Made by a program: the position numbers and the translations under genes
Shown here: piece after piece, positions 9,841-15,281 of the stretch
Layout of the letters: each line of letters starts with the position of its first letter
Position numbering within the stretch: position 1 is the first letter of the stretch
Notes under the pieces: generated by a model
The model's database searches: none
Seen by the model: the letters and a program-made list of their open reading frames with translations, nothing else
Told to the model about the DNA's origin: nothing
Assembly: GCA_043228905.1 (NCBI GenBank)
Contig: JBHGNT010000806.1
Location: 1 to 15,281, forward strand
Length of the DNA stretch: 15,281 bases
Direction: 5' to 3'
Source of the DNA: Azolla caroliniana
Lineage: Eukaryota; Plantae; Polypodiophyta

Positions 9841-10943
9841 ATCTTGCCCCTACAAGGTCAATTGAAAATCAAGATGAGTGTACAGTCAAGAAATTTCGTT
9901 TGAATAATCGAGCCTCGCCTTTTGAATTTGCTCAATGTGAGGAAGCCAGTATAGCCAGAGAGTAAAGAAATATTGTTCAACAATAATATACCAATATAGT
10001 GACAGTATGAAACTGAGAGAAGTTAAATATATTCTTGATTTTCCTACATCATTTCTTACACACCTTGAAAGAGCACGAAAAGAAAAGGACTACCATTTAG
10101 TGAAGGCATATGGTGTAGAAGATGGTGTCACTTTTAAGAAATTTAGCCACAAAAAGGATATCACCTGAGATTTATACTATAATGTCTATTGTAGTGATGT
10201 GGTTAAGATGATACACATTGCCATCGAAGGAATACATATTATTGATTGTTGACATACCATAAGGATTTTGTATGGTTGGATCAACATACGATGTGAACCA
10301 TTTATGTTTAAACAACTTGAGACGATGGTGAAAGATTTCGCACATACAATATCCTTATGGAGAATTGTTGTATTTCATAGCATGGACCAAGGATACTCTA
10401 TAGCACAAGCCTTGAGATCTCATTGCCATGGGATAGAAAACCTTGCTCAGTAAGGAATATATTATCTTACATCAATACATTCTACTTAATATTGATATTT
10501 GTCATTTGAAATGTTCTCCAATGAAGGAGATTGGATACTAGATTTGTTCTTCGGCTCGGGTAAATTATTATAACTTTATTTGTTGTGCCTTTAGAAGTCA
10601 ATATAATTTATGTTTAGCTAAAGCAATCTTCATTTTAAATTGTTAATGTGTGCTACATCTACATTGAAGCTATTCAGAAATACTATTGCACTTAAAAAGG
10701 ATGATGAGCAAGTGAGTTTCATTAACATGAGGATTAAAGCCTTAACATTTTCAATCTGCATCCCATGAACCTATTCGTCCATTAGCTGGTGAACCTAGGG
10801 AGCTTATTGACTTTGCCGACAAGCTTTTTGAGGACCCTATCATTGCTAGCCTATGTGGAGTAGATAATACTGCACAAATTTTGTAGGGGAGTTCTTAAAA
10901 GGAAGAAGCGGAGAGCAATGTGGATACGCTAGTAACTATGTGA
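9841..10943 (+). pseudogene. Pseudogenised, spliced beta-class N4-cytosine/N6-adenine DNA methyltransferase (N6_N4_Mtase-like)
   Basis: YNVYCSDVVKM/TLPSKEYILLIVDIP*GF (motif IV; GAC ATA CCA TAA at 10251-10262), WRIVVFHS..IAQALRSHCHGIENLA, EMFSNEGDWILDLFFGSG (motif I, 10508-10561) and ATSTLKLFRNTIALKKDDEQVSFINMRIKAL (motifs II-III, 10652-10744). Splice-like sites: TTTTTAG| at 9840, |GTAAGG at 10450, |GTAAAT at 10560. Contains stops and frameshifts. Confidence 0.8.
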
Positions 10944-10986
10944 TATGTTCAAATTGATATATTAATGTTCACGTCAAAGTTTGACG

Positions 10987-11075
10987 GTTTATGAATATTG
11001 TCTATATTGTTGGAGTTGTGAATTTATCAAAATTGTTTATGAATATTGTCTACATTTCTTGAGTTGTGAATTTAT
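10987..11075. repeat. Tandem duplication, 41-bp core at 48-bp period
   Basis: GTTTATGAATATTGTCTA...GAGTTGTGAATTTAT at 10987-11027 and 11035-11075, 4 mismatches. Confidence 0.85.
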
Positions 11076-11603
11076 GGATGTTAATGAGCACTAAATTTAT
11101 AGATGATGACACTATGGATTACAGTGTTACCTCTTATACTTAAAACATTTTCAAGTCTAACAATAGATGTCACTTCCACTTCTAGAACCTACATCTCCTC
11201 AAGATGGTGAAACCATTAATCTTAACTTGCGCCTTGAGTTAACCATTGTAATTTTCTTTAAGTTAACTATATTTCATATTTGTTGACCGTCAACATTTAA
11301 ACATTTATTGAAAAACTATTCAATTTTAGAAATTATCATTTTGACACTTGTTAAATCTCAAAAAATCAGCAAATTTTATATCCTATTTAAAACATGTGAT
11401 ACTGGTGTGTCAAGTTTATGAAAGTACCTAAAAAAATCTCAAGATTATAAAAGGAATCTATAAGTGGAATGTGTGATCCTTCCACTTGTGAACGCGAACG
11501 TATTTGCTTTTGATCAGCTTACTTCAATATATTAGGGTAGTCGATGTATATACTTTCTTTGCGTACTAATAGTGGATGGATATGAATAAGTGGATTGAGT
11601 GCG

Positions 11604-11723
11604 AGGGTTTGGTCTTTCTCAATAGAATTGTCACTAACAGAACCCGCAATAGCTATCTAGAAAGGGTTTGCTCCTTCTCGATAGAATTGTCACAAAGAGA
11701 ATGCACAATAGATATCTAGAAAG
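11604..11723. repeat. Tandem duplication, 59-bp period
   Basis: AGGGTTTG..TTCTC.ATAGAATTGTCAC...CAATAG.TATCTAGAAAG starting at 11604 and at 11663. Confidence 0.85.
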
Positions 11724-11866
11724 TTACTAACTACTTTCATACACATTCTAGAGCTATTCAAAGATTTTCCTACTCCAATCATGTTTTTTTTTTATTTAAA
11801 AGGAAGATACACCTTAGTATATTACTTGAAAAGTGTTGGGATTTTCGGTCCCTCCGGATGGGATGT

Positions 11867-12070
11867 CCGGATGATGAAGACCCCGGTTAAGGAGCCGGAT
11901 GACGAAGACCCGGCTACGGAGCCGGATGACGAAGACCCGGCTACGGAGCCGGATGATGAAGACCCCGGTTACGGAGCCGGATGACGAAGACCCGGCTACG
12001 GAGCCGGATGATGAAGACCCCGGTTACGGAGCCGGATGACGAAGACCCCGGCTACGGAGCCGGATGATGA
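11867..12070 (+). repeat. Minisatellite in LTR U3: seven full 27/28-bp units plus a partial unit
   Basis: CCGGATGAYGAAGACCC(C)GGYTACGGAG units start at 11867, 11895, 11922, 11949, 11977, 12004, 12032 and 12060 (partial). Confidence 0.95.
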
Positions 12071-12170
12071 ATGTACCCGGAGAGAGATCCGGATGCGGGG
12101 ACATATTTGTGAATATGTTTGCCAAGGGCCCTTGAGGCTATATTTGTAAATAGCCCGAAAGTCATATGTG

Positions 12171-12178
12171 TATAAATA
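12171..12178 (+). promoter_or_regulatory. LTR TATA box (TATAAATA)
   Basis: Canonical TATAAATA in the middle of the LTR, downstream of the U3 repeats. Confidence 0.7.
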
Positions 12179-12551
12179 TGACTTAGGGCAAACAGTTTTA
12201 GTGTTGCTGCTCATGTTTTCTGTTTTCCACTTAGAGAGAGTGAAGAGAGCAGCCGAGAGAGAGAGAGAGAGTGAGAAAGACGAAGAGGTCGTTGCCTCTG
12301 TGTATTACCGCCGCCTGTGGCGAAGACAGTGAGCTCAAGGTTGTTGCCTTGTAGCTTCACCATTGTACATCTCTGTTTATAGTGATAGTTGGAGTTTGAG
12401 GACTCCCGTGGTTTTTTTCCCCATTTAGGGTTTTCCACGTAAAACATCCCGTGTACTCTTCTCTCTATTGTACTTCGTGCATTTTGTATTTCCTGTTTTC
12501 TGAAAGTTGATCCTATTCCTCGGTTGTGGCCGAGCACTGTTTTTCAACAAG

Positions 12552-12563
12552 TGGTATCAGAGC
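12552..12563 (+). other. Primer binding site complementary to the 3' end of initiator tRNA-Met
   Basis: TGGTATCAGAGC begins after a 2-nt gap (AG) following the LTR end CAACA. Confidence 0.95.
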
Positions 12564-12579
12564 GACGGCAGTGCAGAAA

Positions 12580-15281
12580 ATGGAAGGCGGCAGCAGCGGG
12601 CAGCCGGGGATGATGGTGCTGAATGCGCAGAACTACGCCGACTGGAAGATAAAGATGGAGGACCTGCTCATTGTTCGGGACCTGTATGAACCGATCGACA
12701 GGTCGGAAATACCCAAGGGGGTACTTGAGACGGAATGGAGGCTTCTGAACCGGAAAGCTGTTGCAACCATTCGGCAATATGTCGACGTGAGCGTTCTACA
12801 ACATGTGGCGAACGACACCAACGCATATGAGATGTGGCGGAAGCTGTCGGGCCTCTATGAGAGGAAGAATGCGTTGAACCGGACCTCCTTAATGAGGAAG
12901 ATAGTGAATCTCAAGTACCGGGACGGCGAGAGTATGGTGGAACATGTAAGCACGTTCATGGGATTCGTGAATCAGCTTGCGGCGATCAAGTTCCCGCTGG
13001 AGGATGCAATGCAAGCCATCATCCTGATGTGTACATTGCCGGAAAGCTGGGAGAACTTGGTGATGACTCTCAGCACCTCCTGCACAGAAGATAACTTGTC
13101 CTTGCAAACGGTAAAGACAAGTATTTTGAACGAAGAAGCGCGTCGGAGAGATAAAGAACCGGCCTCCGACCCGAAGGCGCTGCTTACCGAATCGGATCGG
13201 GGAAGACAATGGAACCGGAGTCCGCAAAGACGGGAGAAGTCGGGGACCCGGTCGCAGTCAAGAGGAAGGCCCACATGCTTCCACTGTGGGAAACCGGGGC
13301 ACTTCCGAAAGAATTGTCGGCATTACCGAAAAGACAACGGAGCCGTCGACACCGATTCGAAGAAGTCACCGGAGAGAAACGGCGCATACCGGGGAGCCAC
13401 GGACCGGAGAGGTTCGGATCGGCGAGGGCAGGACCGGAAAGGAACAACGGCAGTCGCGGCAAGTGAGGAAGAAATCATGCTCATCACCGAAGAAGGTGAA
13501 CTAAACGTTGTCGGCGATGAGACGACCTGGGTGGTCGATTCCGGAGCATCGTTCCACCTGACCCCGGAGAGAAGATACTTCTCATCCTACACAGCCGGTG
13601 AGCATGGCTGTGTCCGGATGGGAAATAAAGGTACGTGCCGGATTGCCGGCATAGGAGACGTGTGGCTGATGACATCAACCGGATGCAAAATGCTGCTGAA
13701 GGATGTCCGACACGTTCCGGAGGTTCGATTGAACCTGATTTCGGCCGGGAGGCTAGACGATGAAGGCTACACAGGTAGCATCCGGAACGGCGTAATGAAG
13801 TTCAGCAAGGGGAGCTTGATAGTGGCTCGGGCCCGGAAGGTCAACACATTGTACCTGATGAATTCCCGGCTATGTCCGGAGGAGCTGAATGTGGCAGCCG
13901 ACACTGCCGGTGAGCTGTGGCACAAGAGACTGTGCCACATGAGTGAGAAGGGGATGAAGAGGCTTGCAGAAGACAACCTTATTCCAGTGAAGCATGTGCA
14001 CCTGGAGAAGTGCACCGACTGCCTGGCCGGTAAGCAAAACCGGACCTCCTTCCACTCAAGGCCACCGACGAGACGTAGTGCACCATTGGAGCTGGTGCAC
14101 ACTGACGTGTGTCAAGTAGAAACGAAGTCACATGGCGGAGCCCAGTACTTCGTGACATTCATTGATGACCACAGCCGGAAGCTGTGGACGGCACCGTTGA
14201 AGACAAAGGACCAAGTGTTGGGCGTCTTCAAAGAACTCCACGCGAGAGTGGAAAGGGAATCCGGCAAGAAGCTGAAAGCGATACGAGCGGATAACGGAGG
14301 GGAATACCGGGGGCAGTTCCAGGAGTACTGTCGCTCGAAGGGAATCCGACTCGAGTTTACTGTGCCGAAGACGCCGGAACTGAACGGGCTAGCCGAGAGG
14401 ATGAACCGGACCATAATGGAGAGGGTCCGGAGTATGCTGGCGCATGCGAAATTACCCAAGGGGTTCTGGGCTGAGGCAATGTTGACGGCGACATACGTGA
14501 TAAACAGATCACCCTCAGTACCTTTGGACGGAGACACGCCGCAAAAAGTGTGGACCGGTAAGGAAGTGTCCTACCGGCATCTGAAGGTGTTCGGGTGTCT
14601 CGCATATGTGCATGTGGCAAAGGACCGGAGAGGAAAGCTAGATCCAAAGACCCGGCCATGCATATTCCTCGGTTACGGCGACGACGAGTTCGGCTACCGA
14701 GTATGGGACCCGGTTGACAAGAAGATATTCAGGAGTCGTGATATCATCTTCATGGAGGACAAGACACTCGCCGATTGGGAGTCGGAGAAGAAGATGAAGA
14801 GCTCCAAGTCGACCGGTGAGAATCAACTCTACGAGGAGCAGTCCCGACCGGCAAGGGACCGGTTAGCACTCGAGGATCCGGCCGAAGACGGTGAAGAAAC
14901 AGAACCGGCCGAAGAAGATGAAAATGATACCGGAACCGGCCCCGATCCCGAAATGGATTCGGATGAAGAAGAATCGGAAGAACCGGTTACCGAAGCTCCG
15001 GAACGGAGATATCCTCTAAGAGAGAGAAGGGCCCCCCGGAGATTTCCGGAACCAGAGCACGTGCTGCTAACCGACGAGGGGGAGCCGGAGAGCTTTGAAG
15101 AAGCAAAGCATGACACCCAGAGCCGCAGGTGGTTGAGTGCCATGCAGGACGAGATGGATTCCCTGCATGAGAACCACACATATGAACTTGTGGTGTTGCC
15201 GAAAGGAAAGCGGGCACTACGAAACAAGTGGGTGTTCAAGCTGAAACCGGGAGATGCCGGAAACCCCCCGAGATACAAAGC
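12580..15281 (+). CDS. Copia gag-pol polyprotein (partial, runs off the window; 900 codons with no stop)
   Basis: ATG 12580 MEGGSSGQPGMMVLNAQNYADWKIKMEDLL; zinc knuckle CFHCGKPGHFRKNC (13276-13317); protease WVVDSGASFH (D at 13537); integrase HHCC (13921-14022) and D/D/E at 14104/14290/14395; GKLDPK; RT start WLSAMQDEMDSL..KWVFKLK. Absent from the ORF track because it has no stop in the window. Confidence 0.96.
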   Translation, partial: MEGGSSGQPGMMVLNAQNYADWKIKMEDLLIVRDLYEPIDRSEIPKGVLETEWRLLNRKAVATIRQYVDVSVLQHVANDTNAYEMWRKLSGLYERKNALNRTSLMRKIVNLKYRDGESMVEHVSTFMGFVNQLAAIKFPLEDAMQAIILMCTLPESWENLVMTLSTSCTEDNLSLQTVKTSILNEEARRRDKEPASDPKALLTESDRGRQWNRSPQRREKSGTRSQSRGRPTCFHCGKPGHFRKNCRHYRKDNGAVDTDSKKSPERNGAYRGATDRRGSDRRGQDRKGTTAVAASEEEIMLITEEGELNVVGDETTWVVDSGASFHLTPERRYFSSYTAGEHGCVRMGNKGTCRIAGIGDVWLMTSTGCKMLLKDVRHVPEVRLNLISAGRLDDEGYTGSIRNGVMKFSKGSLIVARARKVNTLYLMNSRLCPEELNVAADTAGELWHKRLCHMSEKGMKRLAEDNLIPVKHVHLEKCTDCLAGKQNRTSFHSRPPTRRSAPLELVHTDVCQVETKSHGGAQYFVTFIDDHSRKLWTAPLKTKDQVLGVFKELHARVERESGKKLKAIRADNGGEYRGQFQEYCRSKGIRLEFTVPKTPELNGLAERMNRTIMERVRSMLAHAKLPKGFWAEAMLTATYVINRSPSVPLDGDTPQKVWTGKEVSYRHLKVFGCLAYVHVAKDRRGKLDPKTRPCIFLGYGDDEFGYRVWDPVDKKIFRSRDIIFMEDKTLADWESEKKMKSSKSTGENQLYEEQSRPARDRLALEDPAEDGEETEPAEEDENDTGTGPDPEMDSDEEESEEPVTEAPERRYPLRERRAPRRFPEPEHVLLTDEGEPESFEEAKHDTQSRRWLSAMQDEMDSLHENHTYELVVLPKGKRALRNKWVFKLKPGDAGNPPRYK

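Larger units (their letters stand above)
11834..12549 (+). repeat. 5' LTR (716 bp)
   Basis: TGTTGGGA ... TTTTCAACA termini, TATA box, GA tract and an AGGGTTTTCCACGTAAAA motif. The PBS follows after a 2-nt gap. Confidence 0.92.
11834..15281 (+). mobile_element. Ty1/copia LTR retrotransposon, Tork lineage (Tnt1/Tto1-like), 5' part, apparently young
   Basis: 5' LTR, PBS and gag-protease-integrase-RT domain order. Abrupt rise in GC and CpG at 11834. The predicted 5-bp TSD is AAAAG (11829-11833). Confidence 0.95.

Noticed and set aside
9841-10943. Bacterial contamination as the source of the MTase
   Set aside because: It has splice-like signals and AT-rich intron-like gaps, shows decay like the surrounding plant repeats, and has no neighbouring bacterial genes. 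Long-read confirmation is still advisable.
11462-11487. Hairpin AAGTGGAA/TTCCACTT as a Helitron 3' end
   Set aside because: The stem is not GC-rich and no CTRR follows at the expected distance.
11781-11984. ORF with EPDDEDPAT repeats
   Set aside because: Crosses the LTR insertion junction and simply translates the U3 minisatellite. The 28-bp units break the frame.
11996-15278. Many short minus-strand and alternate-frame ORFs in the copia region
   Set aside because: Shadows of the LTR and the GC-rich gag-pol ORF, with no recognisable motifs.

Overview
Land-plant nuclear DNA, probably from a non-flowering plant (inference from repeat style). From left to right: (1) A decayed LINE ORF2 (RT with YADD, zf-RVT remnant, A-rich tail at about 4276-4292). 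It is interrupted by two, possibly three, solo-LTR-like insertions and appears to sit inside a hAT-type MITE whose right end is at 4605. (2) An intact four-exon pectate lyase gene (PL1 family, 5943-8063, 404 aa) preceded by a (CT)21 tract. (3) A 'grey' zone (8.4-11.8 kb) that the ORF track does not explain. It holds a decayed minus-strand coding relic, a modular palindromic foldback element, and a pseudogenised, intron-containing beta-class N4/N6 amino-DNA-methyltransferase (DIP[Y>*]G ... FSNEGDWILDLFFGSG ... RNTIALKKD), a bacterial-type enzyme class in a plant genome. (4) A young Ty1/copia (Tork/Tto1-like) retrotransposon with a 716-bp 5' LTR, a tRNA-iMet PBS and an uninterrupted gag-pol ORF running off the window. 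The element is strikingly rich in CCGG. All translations and counts were done by hand and no database searches were run.
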